Assembly: GCA_022508845.1 (NCBI GenBank)
Contig: JAFLUL010000001.1
Span: forward strand, 5,699-69,698
Source of the DNA: Oscillospiraceae bacterium
Lineage (GTDB): Bacteria > Bacillota > Clostridia > Oscillospirales > Acutalibacteraceae
Length of the DNA stretch: 64,000 bases
Reading direction: 5' to 3'
How positions within the stretch are numbered: the stretch's first letter is position 1; every line of letters starts with the position of its first letter. Under the pieces are notes generated by a model. The model did not search any database, was not told where the DNA came from, and worked only from the letters and a program-made list of their open reading frames with translations. This document shows positions 46,876 through 56,306 of this stretch, piece by piece. The position numbers and the translations under genes were made by a program.

Positions 46876-47020
46876 TTTGATTCGGAATCAAATTAGAGTT
46901 TAGATTCCGGAATCTGCGCTTGGCATTATAAAAATCCAAAATCGCTTGCGATGTTTCTGAAATTCCGAATTCCGGATTTAACATATCAGTCGCCTGCGAT
47001 TTTGGATTTTTTCAAAAGTT
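46876..47020. repeat. Composite hairpin element: arms plus forward core (46931-46952) and inverted core copy (46991-47010)
   Basis: aaaatccaaaatcgcttgcgat and cgcctgcgattttggatttt are inverted copies. Arms attcggaat/attccgaat. Lies between convergent genes. Confidence 0.65.
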
Positions 47021-47022
47021 TT

Positions 47023-48366
47023 CTATTTTGGCTCTATCCATCCTTCCGGGCTGGTTGGAAGGAGGAGCTTTTCGGGACTGCCGCCGTTTTCCAAAAATTT
47101 AGAGTAGATATATGTCTTATATTCTTCGCTGTATTTATATTTCCAAAGGCGTTCTATTTTTGCGAAGTCCTCCATAGTTTCGTCCGGCAGCTTTGTTACG
47201 CTTTCTTTTTTATAGGGCAGCGGAACGCAAACGGTTCCGTCGCCTGTTATAAAATGCTGTGAAGCTATATCAATGGCGGTGCGGTTTGCCGCCTTTTTCG
47301 GAAGCTCGTTTTCAAATATTATGCGAGTTACGGGGAAAATCGCCGTATCAGCGCCGATAAGGCGGTAGCAATCGGAAGAAAGACCGGTGTGTCCGTGATG
47401 AGAAATCTGAACAACATCGCATTTAAGCGTATTTCCCCAGCGGCTTTCAAGCTTTTTGCTCGCCTTAAGTGACGCATCGCCGGGAATGAATACGCGTGAC
47501 CCGTCAACACTCATCATAACCGCACAGGAGGAGTCGTTATAGTCATCTATATGCTCAGGGAAAATATCCTCAAATGTTGACATTACGTCAAAGGTGAGAT
47601 TCCGAACATAAAAGCGCATGCCTGTGTGCAGTTTATATACGGGCGCGGGATAGGCTTCAAGCGTCTTAAACAGCTTTTCCGCAGTCTCGGGTTCCTCGTG
47701 ATTGCCGTTCCAAACGGCATAGTCGGATGGCAGCAGATTCTGATAAAAGCCTTCTATTATAACGTCGCGGGTGTTATATCGCAAAAAGTCCATAAGCTTG
47801 CTTACATGATCGGTGTGCGCGTGTGTTATAAACCAGCCGCACACCGTGACCTTTTTATCCTCCGGTGTTCTTTCCCGCATAAATTTATAGATGCGGTCGT
47901 TGTCGTTCGGCTGAAAATAATGTCCGCTGTCAACAATAAAAAAGCTGTGGTCGGGGCATTGCACCAATAAACACATACCGCAGTCTATCAGCGTTTGATC
48001 GTTCTCAAAGGCGTAAAACACAGTTCCGTCTGTTCCTTCACACTCATCGGGAGTAAGGCGCGGAGTTAACTCATTTTCGGCGGCTGTAACGCGCATAGAG
48101 CTGTCGCAGGGGGTAAAAAACGCGTTTACCCGCAAACAGCCTTTTTTATATGCTGCAAACATATTGCCGTTTTGATCCCGTTTTTGCAGAGCTTCAAAGC
48201 CTTCGTTCGCCAAAGCGGAAAGAAAAGAGTTAAAATCGTTTTCAGTCACATTTTTGAGATACCGCATTATGCAGCCTTCGCGGCAGTCAAAGCTCCCCTC
48301 AAAAGAAACGGGCAGAGGGGGAAGCAGGGAAAAAAGCTTTTCAGATTTATCGGTAATGTTATTCAT
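47023..48366 (-). CDS. MBL-fold metallo-hydrolase
   Basis: HAHTDH motif. RBS aaggggga upstream of ATG 48366. Confidence 0.75.
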   Translation of the reverse strand: MNNITDKSEKLFSLLPPLPVSFEGSFDCREGCIMRYLKNVTENDFNSFLSALANEGFEALQKRDQNGNMFAAYKKGCLRVNAFFTPCDSSMRVTAAENELTPRLTPDECEGTDGTVFYAFENDQTLIDCGMCLLVQCPDHSFFIVDSGHYFQPNDNDRIYKFMRERTPEDKKVTVCGWFITHAHTDHVSKLMDFLRYNTRDVIIEGFYQNLLPSDYAVWNGNHEEPETAEKLFKTLEAYPAPVYKLHTGMRFYVRNLTFDVMSTFEDIFPEHIDDYNDSSCAVMMSVDGSRVFIPGDASLKASKKLESRWGNTLKCDVVQISHHGHTGLSSDCYRLIGADTAIFPVTRIIFENELPKKAANRTAIDIASQHFITGDGTVCVPLPYKKESVTKLPDETMEDFAKIERLWKYKYSEEYKTYIYSKFLENGGSPEKLLLPTSPEGWIEPK

Positions 48367-48383
48367 TATAAAATCCCCCTTTT

Positions 48384-49184
48384 TTATAATTCTACGGGTT
48401 GCAGATTCCCCGAGCGGTATTCGAGAATATTCTTTATTCCCGCGTTTTTAACTCTTTCCAGAGCGCCTTCAAAGGCGAAGCTGAGTTTTGTCATATCGTG
48501 GCAGTCGCTTCCGAAGATAACGCTTCCTTTTCGCTGAGCAATGCGTTTTAAGAGAAAATCCGCTGGATAGGGAACCTGTTTTATGCCCTTTGCCAATGCG
48601 CCGGTGTTAACTTCAATAGGAATATCCTTGTCCAGCAGGGCGTCTAAGGCTTCAAGCGCGGTTTTTTTATAAAAATCGCTGCTGTCGTTAATTTTGCCGT
48701 ATTTTGTGAGCAAATCAAAATGCGCCATATAAAGAGGAGAAAGAGAGGCGCAGTTGGCCGCGTTTTCATAATATAAACGCACAAAATCGTTTTCATTTCC
48801 GCCAAGCCCCTCGTTTATGGCTCTTTGCATATCTTTGGGATCCCCGTCAACCGGATAATATTCGCGGTTTATTTTAACATAGTGTACCCCTGTTATAAAG
48901 TAGTCAAAGCCCTCCCTCATCTCGGAGGGTGAATAATAATCAAATTCGGTGCCGCACAGGATCTCTATTTTATCCTTATATTTTCTTTTCAGCAGCGAAA
49001 CGGTTTTTTTGTATAAAGGGTAGTTTTCTTGCGGCATACAGTAGCTGATGTCAAAAGGTGTAAAGCTGTGATCCGAAAATCCGATGGTAACAAAGCCCTC
49101 TTGCAGGGCGGCGTTTACAATGTCATCCGGTTCGTTTTTTCCGTCGGAAAATATTGTGTGGGTATGTATATTGCTTTTTATCAT
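48384..49184 (-). CDS. PHP-domain histidinol-phosphatase family protein (HisJ-like)
   Basis: N-terminus IHTHTIFSDGKN and GFSDHS. Confidence 0.75.
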   Translation of the reverse strand: MIKSNIHTHTIFSDGKNEPDDIVNAALQEGFVTIGFSDHSFTPFDISYCMPQENYPLYKKTVSLLKRKYKDKIEILCGTEFDYYSPSEMREGFDYFITGVHYVKINREYYPVDGDPKDMQRAINEGLGGNENDFVRLYYENAANCASLSPLYMAHFDLLTKYGKINDSSDFYKKTALEALDALLDKDIPIEVNTGALAKGIKQVPYPADFLLKRIAQRKGSVIFGSDCHDMTKLSFAFEGALERVKNAGIKNILEYRSGNLQPVEL

Positions 49185-49317
49185 AAATCTTTTCTCCGTC
49201 AGGTTTTCTTTATCGTATCATAATTCCGGCAATAAATCAATAATACTGCGGGCACTTGACAATTTTGTCGAAAAAGATTAAAATAAAGTCGAGTTTAATC
49301 TGAGAGGAAAATACTAA

Positions 49318-50154
49318 ATGAATAAAATCCTGCTTGCCGTTATTGCGGCGGTCTGCTTTATTCTTGCTTTTATTATATCTTTTAACGTTTCAAAAAGCTC
49401 AACTCTGAAAAAGCTTGAAAAGCAAAGGCTTGAGGAGCAGCAGAGCCTTGCCGCTGAGCAAAGCTCTCGCGATGAACAGCAAAGCATTGAAAACGAAAAT
49501 AATAATCCGAGCGCGGAACCGGGCAGCGAAGCCGAGGCCGGAACACCCGAAAACCTTTCGGCTCTTCCAACTCCGGCAATAGTAAATATGCCGACCGACT
49601 CAACCTGGAGCACTGTTCTTATAAACATATATTATAAGATGAACGATGATTACGAGCCGTTCCTTGCCGAGGTTGAGGAAGGCAGCAATATTCATCTTGA
49701 TGAGAGAGTTGCCGCAGAGTATCTCAAAATGGCAGAGGCAGCCGAAGCCGACGGGATAAAACTCACTCTCGCCGCAGGTTATGTCAGCGCCGACAGGCAG
49801 GAGAGACTTTGGGATAAGCAGGTTGAAACGCTTAAAGCTCAGGGAATGTCTCAGGAGGAAGCGGAGCTTAAGGCGTCGTTTACCGTCCTTCCCCCCAAAT
49901 GCAATGAAGCTAATTTCGGACTGAGCGTTGATATCGGCTGGCTCGGAGCGGATTTCTCAAGTTCCCCCGCCTATGTATGGCTCAGAGCGCACGCTGCCGA
50001 ATACGGCTTTATTGAGCGCTATACTTCCGACAAAGAGGGCGTTACCCACTTTAACGCTTGCCCGTGGCACTGGAGATATGTTGGCGCTGATGCCGCTAAA
50101 TACATAAGAGAAAACGGAATATCCCTTGAAGAATATCTCGGTAAAGTGAAGTAA
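49318..50154 (+). CDS. VanY / M15 family D-alanyl-D-alanine carboxypeptidase, membrane-anchored
   Basis: N-terminal TM segment, a low-complexity linker, then a C-terminal ...PWHWRYVG motif. Confidence 0.75.
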   Translation: MNKILLAVIAAVCFILAFIISFNVSKSSTLKKLEKQRLEEQQSLAAEQSSRDEQQSIENENNNPSAEPGSEAEAGTPENLSALPTPAIVNMPTDSTWSTVLINIYYKMNDDYEPFLAEVEEGSNIHLDERVAAEYLKMAEAAEADGIKLTLAAGYVSADRQERLWDKQVETLKAQGMSQEEAELKASFTVLPPKCNEANFGLSVDIGWLGADFSSSPAYVWLRAHAAEYGFIERYTSDKEGVTHFNACPWHWRYVGADAAKYIRENGISLEEYLGKVK

Positions 50155-50168
50155 AATATTATGTAAAT

Positions 50169-50199
50169 CAAATCCGCACCCCGAAAGGAGTGCGGATTT
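50169..50199. terminator. Bidirectional terminator hairpin
   Basis: aaatccgcac-cccgaaaggag-tgcggattt between convergent genes. Confidence 0.7.
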
Positions 50200-50217
50200 T
50201 CGTATGGTACGGTTTAT

Positions 50218-50592
50218 TTATTTTGTGTTTTTGCAGAGCTCAAACCACTCGCAGCTTGAGCAAATATTATTAAATTCGTCCGTTTCAAAAATTCTCTTTC
50301 GAGCTTTATTTGCAAGATATTCCCACGAAACATTTTCCCCGTAAGCTATTTCGCAAATGCCGAGAACAGAGCTGTCCATAAAGTCAACCTTTTGAAGCGA
50401 GGTGCAGGAGTTGTTTATATTATTGGGACAAACTTTGCAAAGCTCGTCACATCCCTTTGTAACTGTTATTTTAGTAATGGGCTCGTCTTTAAGCTTTGAT
50501 ACAATATCTGTCATATGCTCAGTAAAAGCTTCGTCATATCCGTGGCCTGTAAATTTTTGAATACAAAGCAGGTGGTGCGGTCTTAAATTCAT
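50218..50592 (-). CDS. DUF1284 domain protein (Cys-rich)
   Basis: MNLRPHHLLCIQKFTGHGYD is the characteristic DUF1284 start. Confidence 0.7.
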   Translation of the reverse strand: MNLRPHHLLCIQKFTGHGYDEAFTEHMTDIVSKLKDEPITKITVTKGCDELCKVCPNNINNSCTSLQKVDFMDSSVLGICEIAYGENVSWEYLANKARKRIFETDEFNNICSSCEWFELCKNTK

Positions 50593-50634
50593 ATATAAAT
50601 CTCCTTACCATTAAAAGCCGCAATCTGAAATATG

Positions 50635-50939
50635 TTATTTCTGATCGTTTTTCAGCATAGTTTTATATTTTATGCTGTAAACAGCCGAATATATGATCGA
50701 CGGAATTGACATTGCAATTAAGATAACAATTCCGTTAAGTGTGGGCATCTCCATATTATGGGCTATCAAACAGAATATCAGCCACGGGATTCCCAAGAGC
50801 AGCCACGATGTTCCGCAGCGGCGGATATATCTTTTTGTCCAGGTTTTTTCCTTAAATTTTGAGGTATTACTTGAATTCCGAATAACCCTAAAATTCCGTA
50901 TATTGACCAGAATATTGCCATAAATAAAATAACTTTCAT
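50635..50939 (-). pseudogene. Small two/three-TM membrane protein, frameshifted near an A-run
   Basis: ATG 50939 overlaps the upstream stop (ATGA) and encodes MKVILFMAIFWSIYGILGLFG... for 55 codons. A second frame with no start continues ...TWTKRYIRRCGTSWLLLGIPWLIFCLIAH...KNDQK to a stop at 50635. The 305-nt span is not a multiple of 3. Confidence 0.45.
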
Positions 50940-51190
50940 ATCAACTTCTCCAGATCTCTATCGATCTGATCTCGGCTTAATACGCATAAATTCTCATATG
51001 GATAGCTGCAAAGGACGCTGTCCAAAAACTGCACCCCGCAAAAATACGGGCATATTGATGTGTTTTTAACCGCGCACTTGTGTTTATCCGTGTTTTCGGA
51101 AACATTCCAGGGACAGGCGGAATTTCCGAAGTCGGAATTGCTGAAATCTATATCCATATTTGAGCCCATCAGTTTATTTATCTTATCCAT
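50936..51190 (-). CDS. Small Cys-rich hypothetical protein
   Basis: Track ORF with a good RBS region and seven Cys residues. No family recognised. Confidence 0.5.
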   Translation of the reverse strand: MDKINKLMGSNMDIDFSNSDFGNSACPWNVSENTDKHKCAVKNTSICPYFCGVQFLDSVLCSYPYENLCVLSRDQIDRDLEKLI

Positions 51191-51202
51191 AAAAAACCTC
51201 CC

Positions 51203-51514
51203 TTATTTTTCTTCTTTTCTCAACAAAAAAATTCTTTTTGAAAAACCTCCGCGCTCGTTATGCTTTTTTTCATAAACCTTTATCAGTTCGTTTGTTGAAT
51301 GCCCCTTTGCTTTACAAAGAGCGTAAACAACCTCCAAAATATCTGCGAGTTCTTCAATTTCCTTGCTTTCGTGATATTCCGCAACCTCTTCATCAAGCTT
51401 TTTTTCTAAACCCATAATATATTCTTCATCATCCATAATCCGGATAACCGCCTTTTCACCGTTAGAAGCAATAATATCGGGTATATAGTCTCTCACCAAT
51501 TTATTGTAATCCAT
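51203..51514 (-). CDS. MazG-like nucleoside triphosphate pyrophosphohydrolase (house-cleaning type)
   Basis: KLVRD.IP.II.......I......EY...L..KL.EE..EY......EELADILEV matches the family pattern. Confidence 0.75.
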   Translation of the reverse strand: MDYNKLVRDYIPDIIASNGEKAVIRIMDDEEYIMGLEKKLDEEVAEYHESKEIEELADILEVVYALCKAKGHSTNELIKVYEKKHNERGGFSKRIFLLRKEEK

Positions 51515-52898
51515 TCTTGCTCTCCCTGATTAGTTTTATACTCTTTATTATACCGTTTACAAAGAGCAGCGAGGACGAAACAACAACCGTTATAAAAACA
51601 TCGGGAACAAAAGCTTTCGCAACCCATAACGGCGTTGCAAAGAATATCGGAACAAGCAGCAATATAATAATCGGAAAAATCAAATAAAACAATATGAAAA
51701 GCAACGCAGTTTGAAGCTTTTTGCGGCGCTTTATTTTAATTGAAGCGATCGCCGCGGTCAATATAACCAACATAATCAGATCGATCTGAATATGGCTCAA
51801 TACATATTCAGTGCTCTTAATTTCGTTGGGAGATTCCCCCAAAAGCATTAAGATAATATCCCATCCTATATCATCCATCATATTGTTTGCAACAAAATAA
51901 TCGTTCACATTTGCTGTAACAGCAACTGCTATGTCGCTTTCAGGCAGGATAAAGATGCAGGAGGTTCCCGTTTCGATCAATCCGGAATGACGCAGAACAG
52001 TTTCGCTGAGCGGCTCCTTTACTATTGTCCAGCCATATCCGTAGCGGTAAGGAACGTCATCTTCCACATATACCGTATCTCCGTAAAACATTGTATTTAT
52101 GCTCTGTTCAGATATAATGCCGTTCCCGCCGTTTAAATACATTTGCAGATATTTTCCCAAATCGTTTGCGGAAGAAGAAATATATCCTGCCGGAACGGTT
52201 ATCCAGGCATTTTCGGATAAAGGATATTTATGTTTGCTTTTGATGCGGAAGCCCCAATAATTTGTGTATCCGTCAATCAATCCGTTTTGCAAACTTTCTT
52301 CAGGCGATGCGGCTGTGTGTGAAAGTCCAAGCGGCTTGAATATGTTTTTGTTTATGTAGTCATTATATGATTCGCCGCTCACAGATTCAATTATTTTTCC
52401 GAGCAGAGAATAATTAACATTGGCATAGTTATGCGTTCCCTGCTTGTTTATTATCCTGTAATTTTCAAGCGTCTGATGTTCGCCCAATCCGCTTGTATGA
52501 TTTAATAATTGCCTTACTGTAATTTTATTGCCGTCGGTTGAGTCAGGCAGATAGGTTGATATATTTGCATTTAAGTCTATTTTTCCTTGCTCAGATAACC
52601 GCATAATGCAAACAGCCGTAAACGATTTGCTTACAGAGCCGAGCAGAAACGGCGTATCGCAGCTTTCGCAGTTGCCGTAGCTTTCGGAAAACAGCACCTT
52701 GTCCTTATCCGCAACGGTTACCGACATTGAAGGGATATGGGCGTTTTTTACGCAAGTTTGCAAAAAAATATCCATATCACTGAAAATATCCGTTTTTGAA
52801 GCAGGTTCTGTTTCGGCTAAAACCGATTGAGCGCTGAGTAAATATGTTATGCATAAAACAGCAATGCATATAAATGAAAATTTTTTGTTTTTAATCAT
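51501..52898 (-). CDS. Serine hydrolase of the beta-lactamase / PBP4*-like family with C-terminal TM segments
   Basis: SxxK motif as SVSKSF, YSLLG region, signal peptide and a hydrophobic C-terminus. Confidence 0.8.
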   Translation of the reverse strand: MIKNKKFSFICIAVLCITYLLSAQSVLAETEPASKTDIFSDMDIFLQTCVKNAHIPSMSVTVADKDKVLFSESYGNCESCDTPFLLGSVSKSFTAVCIMRLSEQGKIDLNANISTYLPDSTDGNKITVRQLLNHTSGLGEHQTLENYRIINKQGTHNYANVNYSLLGKIIESVSGESYNDYINKNIFKPLGLSHTAASPEESLQNGLIDGYTNYWGFRIKSKHKYPLSENAWITVPAGYISSSANDLGKYLQMYLNGGNGIISEQSINTMFYGDTVYVEDDVPYRYGYGWTIVKEPLSETVLRHSGLIETGTSCIFILPESDIAVAVTANVNDYFVANNMMDDIGWDIILMLLGESPNEIKSTEYVLSHIQIDLIMLVILTAAIASIKIKRRKKLQTALLFILFYLIFPIIILLLVPIFFATPLWVAKAFVPDVFITVVVSSSLLFVNGIIKSIKLIRESKNGLQ

Positions 52899-52904
52899 TT
52901 TTTC

Positions 52905-54437
52905 TCATTTGTTTTGACCTGTATAAGCGTCAAATTCCTTCCTGCACTTTTTTGCCGCGGGAGTTTCGCACATTCCTCCGCAGGAGGTGCATTTAAGGGA
53001 TGCGGGCATTTCCGATGCAAGCTTATGAGCTTCGTCCACAACCTCGTGAAACGGGATAACGGCGTTTTTGCCCGAAAGGGCGAGGTCGGCAAAGGTTATC
53101 GACATTGTAACGGCGGTTAAAACTCTGCTTATGCAGGGCTGGTTTTGTCCGCCCGGAATGGGATCGCACGGCCATCCGACTGAGGCCTGAAGCATAAGCG
53201 AAGCCGCCGCCTCAACCTGAGCGGGAGAGCCGCCGCACATATGCGTTATTGCCGCCGCGGCCATTGCCCCGCAAACTCCGCATTCGCCGGTGCATCCGAG
53301 GATTTCCCCGGTGGGATTTGTTCTCGAATAGCATATCGCGCCAACTCCCGCCGCAACAAGCAGAGCCTCAATTTCCCCTTCCTCGCTGCAGCCGCAGGTT
53401 TCGCTCACCGCCCTTAAAGCGGAATATAGATATCCTCCGCCCGTGCCCATCGGCCCCGGAACAAGCTTAACTCCTCTTTTAAGCGCCTGAACTCCGAAGG
53501 CATAGTGAACTGCAAGGGCGGTCACTTCCCCCGAAAGGGGCTTTTTTTGCTGTTCGTAATCACGCCAATTTCTGAAATGATATCCCGAAAACGGATCCTC
53601 AAGGATGTTTTCCTCCGATTTATAAACGGACTCGGTCTGCTCGCGCATAAACAGGCGCAGAAGCTTCATTCGTCCGATAATTTCCTCTTTCCCGAGTCCC
53701 GAGGCGCGCTTTTCATATTCTATTGCGGCTTCGGCGAGAGAGATATTATTTTTTTCGGCGTAGTTTTTCCATCCTGTGAAATCTCTGAAGAGCTGCTCTT
53801 TTCTTGAAAAGACAGCGCACACCGGAAGAATGGGAGGCAAACTGAACAGAACCTCGGCATCGGAAAGATTTGGCAGAGCGTCTTTTTCAGCGATGATAAA
53901 GGATTTGCCGTTATTATATGTAATACTCGCCCTTGCGTCCGACGGCAGTTCTGCTTTTCCGCTGCAAACCGTTAAAAAACCGTCGCCGATGAATTTGCAG
54001 GGAACACCGTTTATTTCAACGGTTTCAATCATACCTCCGCCGGTGGAATTGCCGAGAAGCGATACCGCTTTTCCGTCTTTGCCGGTGAGGATAAATTTAA
54101 CTGCGTTGGGGTGAGAGCCGGGAGGAAAATCAATAAATCTGAACTCATAGCTTATTTGTTCGGCGAGCAATATTTCCTTTATATCAAACATACGCTCGTC
54201 GTCGGGAGAAAGCCCGTAGGCCCCCGAGAGCATACCGAGGTCTTCGCGCATAAGCCCGAACGTTCCCGCGAACGAGCCGTTTTTGTCGAGTTCAATAACT
54301 ATTTCTTTTAGTTCATACTGTAAAAGAGAGTGGGCAAGTAAGCCCAGTCTGCACGGTCCCGCAGTGTGTGAGCTGGAGCCGGGCTGCATAACGGGGCCGA
54401 AAACATCGTTAAAAAAATCAGGGTAGTAGTTTATCAT
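52905..54437 (-). CDS. Iron-sulfur L-serine dehydratase family protein (fused beta/alpha-like)
   Basis: FGPVMQPGSSSHTAGP near the N-terminus. Cys residues in the C-terminal half. Confidence 0.65.
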   Translation of the reverse strand: MINYYPDFFNDVFGPVMQPGSSSHTAGPCRLGLLAHSLLQYELKEIVIELDKNGSFAGTFGLMREDLGMLSGAYGLSPDDERMFDIKEILLAEQISYEFRFIDFPPGSHPNAVKFILTGKDGKAVSLLGNSTGGGMIETVEINGVPCKFIGDGFLTVCSGKAELPSDARASITYNNGKSFIIAEKDALPNLSDAEVLFSLPPILPVCAVFSRKEQLFRDFTGWKNYAEKNNISLAEAAIEYEKRASGLGKEEIIGRMKLLRLFMREQTESVYKSEENILEDPFSGYHFRNWRDYEQQKKPLSGEVTALAVHYAFGVQALKRGVKLVPGPMGTGGGYLYSALRAVSETCGCSEEGEIEALLVAAGVGAICYSRTNPTGEILGCTGECGVCGAMAAAAITHMCGGSPAQVEAAASLMLQASVGWPCDPIPGGQNQPCISRVLTAVTMSITFADLALSGKNAVIPFHEVVDEAHKLASEMPASLKCTSCGGMCETPAAKKCRKEFDAYTGQNK

Positions 54438-56131
54438 TTTATCTTCTGCTTTAATATTTCAGAGTGCTTCTCCGCAAACTCCGCCATCGCCTTAACCGTT
54501 TCTTCCTTAAGCGGAAGCGGGATCTCCGCGCGCCGGAGGGTTTCAAAATAGCCGTATTTTCCTCCGAGCGAGCAAAGGGTTAAATAGCTTTCCCAAGCGT
54601 TACCGCCCTCTGTTTTCTTTTTATATATCGAAAACGCGCCGAGCTGCGCTAAGGCGTAGTCAATATAATAAAACGGATAGAGGAAGATATGCTGCTTTTG
54701 CATCCAGAAGCCGCCGCTCTCTAAAAACGCGTTGCCGTCATAATTTCGCCACGGCATATATTTTTGCTCTGTTTCCTTCCAGAATCTTCTCCAGTCGGCG
54801 GGACCGGATTTCGGGTTTTCAAAAACTCTGTGCTGGAATTCGTCTACCGAAACAAGATAGGGTATGGTTTTAAGCGCGTCGCAAAAATGAGCGTATCTGT
54901 ATTTATCAGCGTTTTCTCCGAAAAAGCTGTCCATATATGGATAAGCGAAATGCTCCATAGTCATAGAATGGATTTCGTTTATTTCGCTTGTTGAGCTGGA
55001 TAAAAGCATTATGGGAAGCCTTCGGGAAGCATAATAAGCCTGGAAAGCGTGTCCTGCCTCGTGAGTTAAAACGTCAACGTCGGCGGAGGTGCCGTTGAAA
55101 TTTGAAAAGATAAAAGGAGCCTTATAGGAGGGAAGCATTGTGCAGTAGCCTCCGAGATGCTTATTCTCCCTTGTTACAAGGTCATAAAGCTCAAACTGCG
55201 TCATAAATCCGAAAAATTCCTCTGTTTCGGGGGAAATATCGGCATACATATCGTTTGCCTTTTTTATAAGCTCCTCAGGTGTTCCTATGGGGGAGGCGTT
55301 GCCGTCCGGGAAAACGAGGCTCTCATCATACCATTGAAGTTTTTCAATTCCGAGCCTTTGAGCCTGCTCTTTAAACATTTTATCGCATACGGGAGTTATG
55401 TATTTCCTGACTGCCTCTCTGAAAACGGCGGCGTCCTTTGAATTATAGTCGTATCTGCCTCGGGAGAGATAAATATAATCGATATAACTGTTATATCCCA
55501 GTTTTTTCGCTATTGAACAGCGCAGTTTAACGAGCTTGCCGTATTGCTCTTCAAGAGCAGGGGAAACTCCCTCATATAGCTTTGCCCATTCGTTAAACGC
55601 GCTTTTTCGCTCTTCGCGGTCAACCGACTGCATATGCCGCAGAAGTCCGTAGAAATTGCATTTTTCTCCCTTGAACTCAACCGAGCATCCCGCGGCGGTT
55701 TTAGAATATGCCGTTGTTAGATTGTTTTCCTTAACGCTCGGAAGAATTATGGCAGGGCTTAACAGCTTTTTTTGCATTTCGGCGCTCTTAAAAAGCTGAG
55801 AGCCGTATTTTTCTTCCATTTGCGTACGATAGGGGCTGTCAAGCAATGCGGATATAGCCTTTTTGAGCATCGGCATAAGCATAGGGATGGCTTTATTATA
55901 AAACTTCATCTCGCCGTCATAAAACTCGTCCTTCATATTTGCCGTGTTTCTAATTTCAGCAACTACATACATGGTTCCCGCTTCCTCAATTATACGGTTG
56001 CATTTTATAAATGCCGCGTCCGCCTGCTCAAAGCCGGAGGCGTTTTTAAATTCCTTTATACCCGCAGAAAAATCCCTTTTCAGTTTTTTAACATTCGGGC
56101 GTTCATATTTGATTTCACTGAATTTCTGCAT
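54434..56131 (-). CDS. pepF: M3 family oligoendopeptidase (PepF-like)
   Basis: HEAGHAFQ zinc motif. About 565 aa. Confidence 0.85.
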   Translation of the reverse strand: MQKFSEIKYERPNVKKLKRDFSAGIKEFKNASGFEQADAAFIKCNRIIEEAGTMYVVAEIRNTANMKDEFYDGEMKFYNKAIPMLMPMLKKAISALLDSPYRTQMEEKYGSQLFKSAEMQKKLLSPAIILPSVKENNLTTAYSKTAAGCSVEFKGEKCNFYGLLRHMQSVDREERKSAFNEWAKLYEGVSPALEEQYGKLVKLRCSIAKKLGYNSYIDYIYLSRGRYDYNSKDAAVFREAVRKYITPVCDKMFKEQAQRLGIEKLQWYDESLVFPDGNASPIGTPEELIKKANDMYADISPETEEFFGFMTQFELYDLVTRENKHLGGYCTMLPSYKAPFIFSNFNGTSADVDVLTHEAGHAFQAYYASRRLPIMLLSSSTSEINEIHSMTMEHFAYPYMDSFFGENADKYRYAHFCDALKTIPYLVSVDEFQHRVFENPKSGPADWRRFWKETEQKYMPWRNYDGNAFLESGGFWMQKQHIFLYPFYYIDYALAQLGAFSIYKKKTEGGNAWESYLTLCSLGGKYGYFETLRRAEIPLPLKEETVKAMAEFAEKHSEILKQKIK

Positions 56132-56306
56132 ATATCTTCCTCCTGTTCATTTATATGGTACTAAATATTTAAAAAAAATCAAGAATTTTTTTGTTTGTAT
56201 GGTGAATTGCATAAAAGTTGATAAATATGTATTACTTTCGTAATATTTATGATTTATATTTTTCACGTTTATAATTGCGGAAAAATAATTTTTGAGGTTT
56301 GATTTT

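Noticed and set aside
50840-50860. Programmed -1 ribosomal frameshift at the A-run of the small membrane gene.
   Set aside because: The A-run is not positioned as an X XXY YYZ heptamer in the zero frame, and I see no downstream structure. An indel or pseudogene is the simpler explanation.
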